Assembly (NCBI GenBank): GCA_045863395.1 | Contig: BTVJ01000052.1 | Coordinates: forward strand, 1 to 50,377 | DNA: 50,377 bases | Direction: 5' to 3' | Source: Myxococcales bacterium | GTDB taxonomy: Bacteria; Myxococcota_A; UBA9042; JABWCM01; BTVJ01 | Shown: one piece after another, positions 20,863 to 29,831 of the stretch | How positions within the stretch are numbered: position 1 is the stretch's first letter | Layout of the letters: each line of letters starts with the position of its first letter | The notes under the pieces: model-generated | What the model saw: the letters and a program-made list of their open reading frames with translations, nothing else | Databases searched by the model: none | Told to the model about the DNA's origin: nothing | Made by a program: the position numbers and the translations under genes

Positions 20863-22068
20863 TCAGGGGTGCCGGGTCGGCGCCGTCACGAGCGGGGCGC
20901 CCAGCGGCAGCCAGCTCTTGCGCAGCGGAACGCTCCACGTGATCGCGATGGCCGCCCGCGCCAGCGGCCACGCCACGACCAAGGGCACGCCCGGCAGCGC
21001 CGTCAACAGCCCCACTCCTCCCCCCGCCAGCAGGGCCGTGGAGAGCGAGAGCTGCGTGAAGCGCCGCTCGGCCAGGGCGCCGTGGTTGATCGTGAACTCG
21101 GCCACGGCCCCGAAGGCCACCCCGACCATGGTCGCCAGGCTCCCGGCGAGCCCGAAGCCCGTGACCAGCGCCGCGACCAGCAGCGCATCGGAGGCGAGGC
21201 CGAAGGCCATGGACGTCACGGCGCGCGCGCGTCGCCCTGGTCGCGGCAGCAGGTGCCCCTTCTGGCCCAGCGCCCTCAGCCCGAACAGCAGGCGATGGGC
21301 TGCCGTGAAGTTCGTCGACGCCGCGAGCAGCACGATGCCCGCGATGGCGAGTCGGTGGGGCGGGTGGGGGTCCGCCGGGGAGACCAGCGCCTCGACGATC
21401 GGGGACAGGGCGACCGCCGCCCCCAGGTACACGATGCGCTCGGTGCGCTGCATGAGGCCCACGTCCTTCATGGCCAGGTGCAGCCCCTCCGCCCGGGCGC
21501 GGATGTACGGCACCAGCATGGAGCCGACCAGGGCCAGGAGAACGGCGAGGAGGACCCAGCTCTCCCGGTAGTACCAGGCGAGGCCGGCGAGCACGGCGGC
21601 GTCGCTGATCCGATCCAGCACGGAGTCCAGCAGCGCGCCGCGGGAGCCTGCCTGGCCCGTCGCGCGGGCGATGCGCCCGTCGAGGAAGTCACAGATGCCC
21701 GCGAGGACGAACAGCCACCCTCCCAGCGCGAAGCGCCCCGCCGCGAGGGACACGCCGGAGCCCGCGGCGAGGAGCACGGAGAGCATGGTCACCACGTTGG
21801 CGGGGATCCCGACGCGCAGGGCCCCGTCGACGAGCGGCCGCACGAGCCACACGAAGTACTGGCGCACCCACATGCCGACCAGCACGCTGGACCCGCGGGA
21901 CTCCACCTCCGCGTCCCGGAAGCGCCCCCGCAGGTGACAGCGCACCGCGTAGACGGCCATCCCGCCCAAGAACCAGAGCAGCAGCAGCACCGCGGGCGCG
22001 ACGGCCGTGACGACACGGTCGGCGGGCGTCAGCTCGCCGCGCACCATGCGCAGGAACCACTCGGTCAT
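20863..22068 (-). CDS. CDP-alcohol phosphatidyltransferase (PI-phosphate synthase-like) with C-terminal GtrA-like domain
   Basis: Signature DFLDGRIAR...GALLDSVLDRISD; YIRARAEGL and GLMQRTER as in PIP synthases; C-terminal four-TM GtrA-like segment (GAVAEFTINH...TWSVPLRK). Confidence 0.85.
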   Translation of the reverse strand: MTEWFLRMVRGELTPADRVVTAVAPAVLLLLWFLGGMAVYAVRCHLRGRFRDAEVESRGSSVLVGMWVRQYFVWLVRPLVDGALRVGIPANVVTMLSVLLAAGSGVSLAAGRFALGGWLFVLAGICDFLDGRIARATGQAGSRGALLDSVLDRISDAAVLAGLAWYYRESWVLLAVLLALVGSMLVPYIRARAEGLHLAMKDVGLMQRTERIVYLGAAVALSPIVEALVSPADPHPPHRLAIAGIVLLAASTNFTAAHRLLFGLRALGQKGHLLPRPGRRARAVTSMAFGLASDALLVAALVTGFGLAGSLATMVGVAFGAVAEFTINHGALAERRFTQLSLSTALLAGGGVGLLTALPGVPLVVAWPLARAAIAITWSVPLRKSWLPLGAPLVTAPTRHP

Positions 22069-23015
22069 GTGGAGCCCTCCTCTGCGGGGGTGAGCGCCGC
22101 GTGAGGCCCGTGGGAGACAAGGGCGTGGCCGGCGATGGACACCCCCCAGGCGACCAGCCCGGTCACGACGCCCATCACCACGTCGAGCACGTAGTGGTGG
22201 CCGAGGTACACGGCGGCGAAGGACACGACGGCGGCGAAGACGGCGGCGAACCACACCAGGCCCCGGCTGACCCCGATGACCGCGCAGAGCGCGATGACGG
22301 TGTAGGCGACGTGCAGCGAGGGCATGGCGCCGAAGACGTTGGCGCTGCGCGCGTAGTAGGACGCGAAGTACGTGGTGCCGAGCAGCGCGTCGAAGCGCGC
22401 GGCGCCGGCGGCGCTCTGGGCCGCGTCCAGCACGGCGGGGCCGAGGCCGTGCTCCTCGACGTACCAGGGGGGCGCCGCGGGCCAGACCAGCCACGTGACC
22501 GTCCCGATGGCGTGCATCACGAGGAAGGCCCACGCGAGGCGCGAGGTGCGATCCCGGTGGCGCCCGCCATGAAGGAAGAACAGCCAGATCCCGAGGACGG
22601 GGGGCCACGCCACGTAGGTCGCGTAGGACAAGCCGGTGACCAGGTCCAGTGCGGGCGTGTTGTGTTCGCCGAACCAGGCGGCGAGGGTCTGCGGACCGTC
22701 GGGTCCCGGGGCGGAGAACAGCGCCACCTCTGCGTGGTAGAGGTCGGCGATGTGGATGGGACCTCGCAGGGGCTCCAGGTAGTGGAAGGCCTCGTAGGTC
22801 ATGCCGCCGAACGCGAAGGGGGCGGCCAACATGCTGAAGCGCCGCGCCGTCGGCCCCGCCCAGGCGGTCACGACGAACAGCAGATCCAGGGCCAGGTGCT
22901 CGAACCGGGCGCCGAAGGTCAGCTCCGTCAGCAGCAGGTGCCCGGGGAACAGGATGGAGGCCGCCCACCGCCACCAGAGGCCCGCCTCGGGCGTCCCGGA
23001 CTCTGGCCGCTGCAT
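22065..23015 (-). CDS. Aur1/Ipt1-like inositol phosphotransferase (IPC synthase-like, PAP2 superfamily)
   Basis: PAAPPWY, FGAMPSLH and YLGHHYVLD match the conserved domains of fungal Aur1; GGAGG RBS before ATG 23015. Confidence 0.85.
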   Translation of the reverse strand: MQRPESGTPEAGLWWRWAASILFPGHLLLTELTFGARFEHLALDLLFVVTAWAGPTARRFSMLAAPFAFGGMTYEAFHYLEPLRGPIHIADLYHAEVALFSAPGPDGPQTLAAWFGEHNTPALDLVTGLSYATYVAWPPVLGIWLFFLHGGRHRDRTSRLAWAFLVMHAIGTVTWLVWPAAPPWYVEEHGLGPAVLDAAQSAAGAARFDALLGTTYFASYYARSANVFGAMPSLHVAYTVIALCAVIGVSRGLVWFAAVFAAVVSFAAVYLGHHYVLDVVMGVVTGLVAWGVSIAGHALVSHGPHAALTPAEEGST

Positions 23016-23061
23016 GGCCACCCTCCGCGCCGTTCCCTGTGACGCGACGCGTCACCGCTTC

Positions 23062-23089
23062 GATGTAGGCGGATCGGGCGCGGGGGCAA
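23062..23089 (-). promoter_or_regulatory. Candidate promoter of the lipid operon (TTGCCC-N16-TACATC)
   Basis: Motif about 45 bp upstream of ATG 23015; weak match only. Confidence 0.3.
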
Positions 23090-23237
23090 GGGCCCGGTGC
23101 GCTACCCCCAGGCGGTCGTGGACCCGTCGTCCACGGGCCGCCGAGCGCGTGGTGCCAGGGCGCCGCACCGTCTCGTCGGTTACGGCAGCGCACCACTCGG
23201 CGCGTGAACCCCCGGGGCGCCGGGCGTCGCTGGTCGG

Positions 23238-24458
23238 GTGCGAACCGTCACCCAACTGGCCCTCGCGGGGCTCTTGTGCCTGCTCCCCTCGCTTGCTCGC
23301 GCCGAGCTCGGGGTCTCCGCCGAGCTGGACCCCGACCGGGTCGAGGTGGCGCTGCTCCCCGGGGTCACGGTCAGCACGGAGACCGGCTTCGGCTTCGGCG
23401 TGCTCGGCGCGGTGGCCGGCTTCGAGCCCGGGTACACCCCCTACCGCTGGCGCCTTCAGGCGTCGGTGCAGCTCAGCGTGCGTGAGGGGCCCGACGGCGA
23501 CGTGGAGTGGCCCGTGCAGAGCTACTGGCTCCTCTTCGACCTGCCGGAGCTCGGCGCGCGCTGGCTCCGGCTCAGCGGGAAGGTGGGGTACAGGCAGCAC
23601 GCGGCGCTGGGGTGGTACGGCATCGGCAACGGGTCCAGTGACTCACCCCCTGCCCACGCCGACGGGGGGCGGTGGTTTCGCTACGAGCGCCTGTTCCCGG
23701 AGGCCACGGTCATGCTGCGCGCGCGGCTTGGCGGCGAGCTGTCCGTCTTCGGGGGGGCGACCTTCTCCTACAGCCAGGTGACCGTCGGCGAAGGGCGCCT
23801 CGCCATGGACCTGGACGACGACCCGCGTTCCCTGCTGGTCGGTGCCCGTCCCCATGGAGACGCGTGCCTCCGGGTGGGGCTGATCTACGACTCCCGGGAC
23901 CACGAGACGTCGCCGACCCGCGGCATGCTCCACGAGGTGGCCCTGGAGGCCGGCGCGGGGCTCGGCGAGTCCTTCGCCTATGGGCGCCTCCACGCCCAGG
24001 CGCGCTTCTTCGTGCCCATCGCGGGGCGGCGCCTGGTCGTGGCGGCGCGCCTCCTCGCCGACGTGATGGTCGGCGAGCCGCCCTTCTACGAGCTGTCGCG
24101 GATGGGCGGCTCCAACCCCGTCGACGGGCCGGCCGGGGCGCACGGGATCCGCGGCGTGCCGGCGCAGCGCTACGCCGGGGAGGTCAAGCTCGTGGGCAAC
24201 GTGGAGCTGCGCAGCCACATCGTGGGCTTCGAGGTGGGAGAGCAGCGCTTCACGGTCGGGGTCGCGGCCTTCGCGGACGCGGGGCGGGTGTTCGCGGAGC
24301 TCACGGAGGCCCACCCGGGCCTGGACGGGGGCGACCTGAAGCTCGGCCTCGGCGGGGGGCTGCGCCTCGGGTGGGGCGAGACCTTCGTCGGGCGCATCGA
24401 CGCCGCGTGGTCTCCGGACGGCGTGGGCTTCTACGCCCTGGCCGGGCACCCGTTCTGA
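23238..24458 (+). CDS. Omp85/BamA-TamA superfamily outer membrane beta-barrel (no obvious POTRA domain)
   Basis: Signal peptide; YDSRD..SPTRG, GIRGVPAQRY, GNVELR, FADAGRV, GGGLRL; C-terminal Phe. Confidence 0.85.
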   Translation: MRTVTQLALAGLLCLLPSLARAELGVSAELDPDRVEVALLPGVTVSTETGFGFGVLGAVAGFEPGYTPYRWRLQASVQLSVREGPDGDVEWPVQSYWLLFDLPELGARWLRLSGKVGYRQHAALGWYGIGNGSSDSPPAHADGGRWFRYERLFPEATVMLRARLGGELSVFGGATFSYSQVTVGEGRLAMDLDDDPRSLLVGARPHGDACLRVGLIYDSRDHETSPTRGMLHEVALEAGAGLGESFAYGRLHAQARFFVPIAGRRLVVAARLLADVMVGEPPFYELSRMGGSNPVDGPAGAHGIRGVPAQRYAGEVKLVGNVELRSHIVGFEVGEQRFTVGVAAFADAGRVFAELTEAHPGLDGGDLKLGLGGGLRLGWGETFVGRIDAAWSPDGVGFYALAGHPF

Positions 24459-25387
24459 TGGCGCGCCTCCTCGTGCTGTGCCTGCTGTTCGGGGCGTGCG
24501 GGGGCCTCTCTCCCATCCGCGGCCCCTTCGACGCCGCTCTGGACGTGGTCGACCGGCCGCCCGCCAGCGACGGCCGCCGCGTCTCGGTGGACGGCGCCTG
24601 CAACGGGCACGCGGCCCTGTGCGAGCGGCGCTACGACCAGGTGGCCTTCGCGGCGACCCACAACGCCATGTCCAGCGCCGACGAGGGGTGGTTTCAGCCC
24701 AACCAGCAGCATGCGCTGAGGCGGCAGCTCGACGACGGCGTGCGCGCCCTCCTGCTCGATACCCACTACTCTGGGGGGCGCGTCTCCCTCTGCCACGGCG
24801 TCTGCGCTGCCGGGCGTTCGCCGTTGAGCGACGCCCTGGCGGTCATCGCTGGGTTCCTGCGCGACAACCCGCGGGAGGTCGTCACGCTGATCTTCGAGGC
24901 CCATGTGTCTGCGGCGGACACGGCGGCGGAGATCGCCCGCGCGGGCCTGCTCCCGGCCGTCTACACGCACCGCGGCGCGTGGCCGACCCTCGGGGAGATG
25001 ATCGCCACGGGCCGCCGCCTCGTGATCTTCACCGAGCGGGGAGGAGGCGCGCCCCGGTGGTACCACGACCTGTGGGTCCACGCCTGGGAGACTCCCTACC
25101 GCTTCGGAGGCTCAGGAGACTTCACCTGCGGGAAGAACCGGGGCACCGAGGGGGCCCCGCTGTTCCTGCTCAATCACTTCGTCACCCCGGTCTTTCCGAG
25201 CCTGTCCGCCTCGCGCGAGGTCAACCAGTGGGCCGTCCTGGGCGCACGGGCGCGGGAGTGTCAGCGCCGCTCCGGGCGCCTCCCCAACTTCGTCGCGGTG
25301 GACTTCTACGCCACCGGCGACCTGCTCGCGGTGGTGGACGCGCTCAACGGGGTCGCCACGATGGGCTCCGCGGGCGCCGCTCCCTGA
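24458..25387 (+). CDS. PI-specific phospholipase C-like phosphodiesterase lipoprotein
   Basis: Lipobox LFGAC; CNGHAALC, THNA, NQ..QLDDGVRALLLDTH, LCHG, NPREVVTLIFE, LLNHF, PNFVAVDFY; TGATG overlap with the Omp85 gene. Confidence 0.82.
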   Translation: MARLLVLCLLFGACGGLSPIRGPFDAALDVVDRPPASDGRRVSVDGACNGHAALCERRYDQVAFAATHNAMSSADEGWFQPNQQHALRRQLDDGVRALLLDTHYSGGRVSLCHGVCAAGRSPLSDALAVIAGFLRDNPREVVTLIFEAHVSAADTAAEIARAGLLPAVYTHRGAWPTLGEMIATGRRLVIFTERGGGAPRWYHDLWVHAWETPYRFGGSGDFTCGKNRGTEGAPLFLLNHFVTPVFPSLSASREVNQWAVLGARARECQRRSGRLPNFVAVDFYATGDLLAVVDALNGVATMGSAGAAP

Positions 25388-25498
25388 TCGGGTCCTCACG
25401 CGGTGCCGGCCCTCGGGCCGGCCCCACGTGCTCCCGCCTGGACCCCGCTCGCCCCACCGTGCGACACTCGCCCCCGGCCCGCGGGGGACGAGGCGGTC

Positions 25499-25948
25499 AT
25501 GGTGCTGGAGCTTGCCTCCCTGGTGGTCGTCGGCCTGGCCGGGACCGTGCTCTGGGTCCTGAACCCGGAGGCGGCGGCGATCTTCTACGGGGCAGAGCTC
25601 GAGTGGAGCCCGCCGGTGGTCGGGCTCGTCCTCGGCGCCTCCCAGGCGCTCTCATACGGCGTCATCTTTGGCTTCGGCGAGGTGCTCGTTCGCCGCTGGA
25701 GCTGGCTCGCGCGCAAGGTGGAGTCGACGCGCGCCCGGTACGCCTCCCACCTGGAGAGAAACTACCTGCTGATGAGCTTCTCGGGGGCGGTCACGGGACT
25801 CCCCCCCATCATCGCCCTGACGATCCTGGCGGGCGGCTTCGGGGTGCCGCTCCGCCACTTCCTCCCCGTCTGTGCCGCAGGCCGAGTGATCCGCTTCACG
25901 GTCCTCGCCGCCGTGGGCAGTGGGCTCTTGGAGTGGTGGCGAGGGTGA
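25499..25948 (+). CDS. DedA/VTT (YqaA-like) membrane protein
   Basis: Hydrophobic; NPEA, GLPP..LAGGFGVPLRHF...GRVIRF. Confidence 0.75.
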   Translation: MVLELASLVVVGLAGTVLWVLNPEAAAIFYGAELEWSPPVVGLVLGASQALSYGVIFGFGEVLVRRWSWLARKVESTRARYASHLERNYLLMSFSGAVTGLPPIIALTILAGGFGVPLRHFLPVCAAGRVIRFTVLAAVGSGLLEWWRG

Positions 25949-25950
25949 GG

Positions 25951-27435
25951 CTACCGCTCGAACAGCTCGCCCACCGGCACGACCCGCACGTCCAGCGGCG
26001 CCAGCGCGCGCCCCTGGATCACCGCGTCCGCCCGACGGACCCGCTCGGGCACGTCGGCCTCGTAGGTGATGGGGCTCTGTGCGTCCGATCGTAGCGCCTC
26101 CGCCAGCGCGGCGGCCTTGTCGCTCACGATCACTGCCTCCCAGCCATCGACGTGCAGGTGCTTGCGCATGGCGGCGTTGACCTCGGCTGGTGTCAGCTCC
26201 CGGAGCCGCGCCTCCAGGTGGTCGAGCCACGGCGGCGTGCCGTGGAAGCGGCTGTCCATGAGGAAGCCGAGGCGCCGTGAGCCGGTCTGCGCCCAGAGCT
26301 TGGAGTAGCCAGTCAGGAAGTCCCGGGTCGCGTCCAGCTCCTCCTGGGAGATCCCTCGCTTGACCGCTTCGTCCACGAAGTGCAGCGCCGCGCGCAGGGC
26401 GAAGTGGGCGTTCTTCGGGGCGACGGGCCGGACCCAGATGGAGAACATCCCCCGGCTGCGCGGGCGATTGGGCGTCGGGTGGGAGGTCGCCGGAGGGTCC
26501 GCCCAGTGCTCGACGTAGGTGTAGTCGCCGTAGTTGAGGCCGCGCTCGCCGCGCAGCTCCCGCATGAGGATGCCGTGGAAGGTCCGGTGCTCTCCGAGCC
26601 AGCTACTGGCGACCAGCAACGGTACGAAGTCGGGGTCGCTCCGTGTGACGCCGAGCGGGTGCGCGACGTGGATGCCCACCGACGCCGTCGCCTTGTCGAT
26701 GATCGTCACGCGACGCCCGGACACCGCAGGGCCGGGCGGCAGCGAGGGCCGCGGCTCCCCGGCCGGGAGCCCCGCCAGCGCCACGGCCAGTCGCTGAGGG
26801 TAGCCCTCCGGGTAGCCCCCCGCGACGCCGATCATCAGGCGGCGCTGAACGAAGTGAACGTGGTGAAAGCCCCTCACGTCGTCGGCGGTGATGGCCCGGA
26901 GGCCCGCCACGGTGCCCTCGGGGGGCTTCTCGTAGGGGTGCCCCCGGAAGACCACCCCTTGGATCGCCTCCAGGCCCAGCAGCTCGTCGCTGCCGCTGCG
27001 CAGGCCCGTGGTCAGCGCCGACAGCAGCCGCTCCCGGTTGCGCTCCAGGTCCTCGGCCATGAATCCCGGCTGGGTGACCGCCTCCACCAGCAGCTCCGTG
27101 AAGGCGTCGAGCTTGTCCTTGTGCACCTCTCCCGAGACCACGGTCACCTCGCGATCCGTGGCCACCTGGAGTGACGCCGCCATGGGGTAGAGGGCCTCGG
27201 TGAGCTCCTTGTAGGGCCGCTTCTTCGTGCCCGCGGCGCCCACCATGAGCCCGGTGAGCGCGGCGAGGCCCTCTTTGCCGGTCGGGTCGTCCACGGAGCC
27301 GGCGCTGAGCATGAGCCGCACGGAGACGAGGGGCGAGGCCGGCTGGTGCAGCTCGACCACCTCGGCCAGCGGCTCCAGGCGGGCGTGGGCGACGGCAGGC
27401 GCGACCAGGAGCAGTGTCAGGAGTGCGTATCTCAT
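25951..27435 (-). CDS. M16 peptidase family, non-catalytic subunit
   Basis: Signal peptide; AGSVDDPTGKEGLAALT without HxxEH; LRGERGLNYG R/Y motif. Confidence 0.88.
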   Translation of the reverse strand: MRYALLTLLLVAPAVAHARLEPLAEVVELHQPASPLVSVRLMLSAGSVDDPTGKEGLAALTGLMVGAAGTKKRPYKELTEALYPMAASLQVATDREVTVVSGEVHKDKLDAFTELLVEAVTQPGFMAEDLERNRERLLSALTTGLRSGSDELLGLEAIQGVVFRGHPYEKPPEGTVAGLRAITADDVRGFHHVHFVQRRLMIGVAGGYPEGYPQRLAVALAGLPAGEPRPSLPPGPAVSGRRVTIIDKATASVGIHVAHPLGVTRSDPDFVPLLVASSWLGEHRTFHGILMRELRGERGLNYGDYTYVEHWADPPATSHPTPNRPRSRGMFSIWVRPVAPKNAHFALRAALHFVDEAVKRGISQEELDATRDFLTGYSKLWAQTGSRRLGFLMDSRFHGTPPWLDHLEARLRELTPAEVNAAMRKHLHVDGWEAVIVSDKAAALAEALRSDAQSPITYEADVPERVRRADAVIQGRALAPLDVRVVPVGELFER

Positions 27436-28769
27436 GGCGTCGCTCCTGGAGTCGGCCGGGTGGCCAGGGTGACGGCGGTGCGGTTCTTCGCGGTGAACAC
27501 CTCCCGCGCCACCCGCTGGATGTCCTCCGGGGTGACCTCCGCGTAGCGGTCGTACAGTGCGTTGACCGCGTGAGCGCTGCCCGTGCGCCCGATTGAGTCG
27601 GACACGATCATCGCCACGTCGGCGGGGCTGTCGAGCCTGCGGGCCAGAGCGTAGCGCAGGTGCGAGCGGGTGCGCTCCAGGCGATCCGCATCGACCGGAG
27701 CCGCCTTGAGCGCCTCGATATGGCGCAGCACGGCCTTCTGCACCTCGGGCACGAGCTCGTCCTTGCGGGCCTGGGCGGAGATCATGAACAGGGAGGGGTC
27801 GCGCCGAGTGGGCGGCGAGCCAGAGATCCAGTCCACCCACTGCTTGTCGACGACCAGCTCCTGGTAGAGCGGTGCCGAGGGGCTGAACAGGAGCTGGTCG
27901 ATGATCCCGAGGGCCGCCGTGTCTGCCGACTCGGTCGTGAACGCTGGGGCGCGGTAGCCCTCCAGCAGGTAGGGGCGCGTGGGGAGCGGCCACTCCAGGT
28001 GGTCACGGGCGCCGGCCTCGGCGGGCGGCTCGGGCGTGACCGCCGGTGCCTCGTAGCCCCGCTCCCAAGGCGCCCAGAACCGCTCTGCGAGCGCAAAGGC
28101 CGCGTCGGGGGTGACGTCCCCCACGATGAGCAGCGCGGCGTTCTCGGGCCGGTAGAACCGGCGGAAGAAGCCCAGGCTGTACTCGAAGTAGCCCGGCATG
28201 GCCTTGATATCGGCGAGGAAGCCCATGGTCGTGTGGCGGTAGGTGTGGCGCGTGAAGGCGAGCTCCCGGAGCCGCTCGTGCATGGCCCGCATGGGGTTCG
28301 ACGCGTTCTTGTTGTACTCGCCGAGCACCGCCAACGCCTCGGTCTTGAACACCTCCTCGTCGTAGCGGAGGTTGCGGAAGCGGTCAGACTCCAGATCCAT
28401 CATGGCCTCCAGATGCCGGGACGGGGCCACGATGAAGTAGTTGGTGTAGTCGTCGGTGGTGTAGGCGTTGGAGTCTGCGCCCATGCGCTTGAGGGCGTCG
28501 TTGTAGGCCTCCGTCGAGAAGCGGGGAGTCCCCCGGAACATCATGTGCTCGAAGAAGTGGGCGAAGCCGCTGTGGCCGGGCTCCACCTCGTCTCGCGAGC
28601 CGGTACGCACCACCGTGTGGAAGGCGACCACCCCGGGGCTGTCGAAGGGGACGACGACGACCTGCAGGCCGTTGTCGAGGACGCGCTCGTGGACGGGGAA
28701 GGGGATGGCAGGCGCAGCGCTCGCCGGAGCCACGAGGGCGATGAGCAGCAGGGCGAAGAGTCGGGTCAT
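27432..28769 (-). CDS. M16 (pitrilysin/insulinase) zinc peptidase, catalytic subunit
   Basis: Signal peptide; GFAHFFEHMMFRGT; NAYTTDD. Confidence 0.92.
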   Translation of the reverse strand: MTRLFALLLIALVAPASAAPAIPFPVHERVLDNGLQVVVVPFDSPGVVAFHTVVRTGSRDEVEPGHSGFAHFFEHMMFRGTPRFSTEAYNDALKRMGADSNAYTTDDYTNYFIVAPSRHLEAMMDLESDRFRNLRYDEEVFKTEALAVLGEYNKNASNPMRAMHERLRELAFTRHTYRHTTMGFLADIKAMPGYFEYSLGFFRRFYRPENAALLIVGDVTPDAAFALAERFWAPWERGYEAPAVTPEPPAEAGARDHLEWPLPTRPYLLEGYRAPAFTTESADTAALGIIDQLLFSPSAPLYQELVVDKQWVDWISGSPPTRRDPSLFMISAQARKDELVPEVQKAVLRHIEALKAAPVDADRLERTRSHLRYALARRLDSPADVAMIVSDSIGRTGSAHAVNALYDRYAEVTPEDIQRVAREVFTAKNRTAVTLATRPTPGATP

Positions 28770-28853
28770 CGAGGGCGCTCCTGGTACACGGGCAGGGCTG
28801 CACAACCCGTTGCAGGACCCTACCATTCCGCGGGTCCAGCCGGAGGTGGCGGC

Positions 28854-29705
28854 CTACCCGCGCATGGAGCACGCCGCCGCCAGCGCTGCCGGGGCGCTCA
28901 GGGTGCCTCCGCGAGAGCCCTCGCGCAAGGCGCGACGCAGCCCGGCCGGCGTCAGCTCCGGGTAGCGCTGCGCGATCAGCGCGGCCACGCCCGACACGAC
29001 CGCCGCCGCCATGGACGTGCCCGATGCGACCTCATAGGCATCCGGCTCGAACGGGCGCGCGGCGAGCACGCGGGTCCCCGGCGCAAGGACGCAGACGTCG
29101 GGCGATGTGGCGAGGGCGGCTGCGGAGGGGCGGTCGGGGACGCCGCGCTGGTCCACGGCGCCCGCGAGCAGCGCGCCGGGCCACGACGCGGCAGCGCTCG
29201 CCCCCTGGGCGGCGGCGACGACGAGCACGCCCCGGTCCTCCAGAGCAGAGAGCAGCGGGCCGACTTCGGGATGCGGCGTCATGGCCAACGAGATGTTGAG
29301 GACCCGAAGCGTGTGCCGCTGCTCCAGCATCCAGGAGAGGCCCGCGAGGGTCAGATGCGTCCAGACCGTGTCGTCGGAGAGGGTCACGGCGGCGGCAGCC
29401 ATGCGCGCCCCGGGCGCGACTCCCACGGGCCAGCGGACGTGGCGGCCCAAGGCGAGACTCGCGACGCGGGTCCCGTGCCCCGAACGGTCCCAGGGGGCGC
29501 CGTCCGCGCCGTCCACGGCGTCCCGGAAGCCACCGGGCAGGTGCGCTGAGCCCAGACACTCGTGGCCTGTCTCGACCCCAGAGTCCAGGAACCCGATGGT
29601 CACCCCCGAGCCAGTCAGACCCGCCCCCCAGAGCACTGGCGCGCCGACGGCCTCCGCCTGCCACGCACGGGAGATGTTGCCTCGTGACAGTGTCACATGG
29701 GACAT
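28854..29705 (-). CDS. S8 subtilisin-family serine peptidase (no signal or prodomain; start uncertain, 29705 or 29735)
   Basis: Triad motifs FLDSG, GHGTRVA, SGTSMA; GVAPGA. Confidence 0.75.
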   Translation of the reverse strand: MSHVTLSRGNISRAWQAEAVGAPVLWGAGLTGSGVTIGFLDSGVETGHECLGSAHLPGGFRDAVDGADGAPWDRSGHGTRVASLALGRHVRWPVGVAPGARMAAAAVTLSDDTVWTHLTLAGLSWMLEQRHTLRVLNISLAMTPHPEVGPLLSALEDRGVLVVAAAQGASAAASWPGALLAGAVDQRGVPDRPSAAALATSPDVCVLAPGTRVLAARPFEPDAYEVASGTSMAAAVVSGVAALIAQRYPELTPAGLRRALREGSRGGTLSAPAALAAACSMRG

Positions 29706-29831
29706 GACACAGGTGCATTGCTGCTCACTCGCCATGTTTTTCCATTGTCGTGGGCGCCGAGTTGATCTACGGTCAGCGAGTCCGAGTCGACGCGTTGCAC
29801 TTCCTCCAATAGTCTCACCAGGAGGCACCCC

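Noticed and set aside
25951..28769. M16 pair with one subunit lacking HxxEH
   Set aside because: Ordinary heterodimeric M16B arrangement, not a pseudogene.
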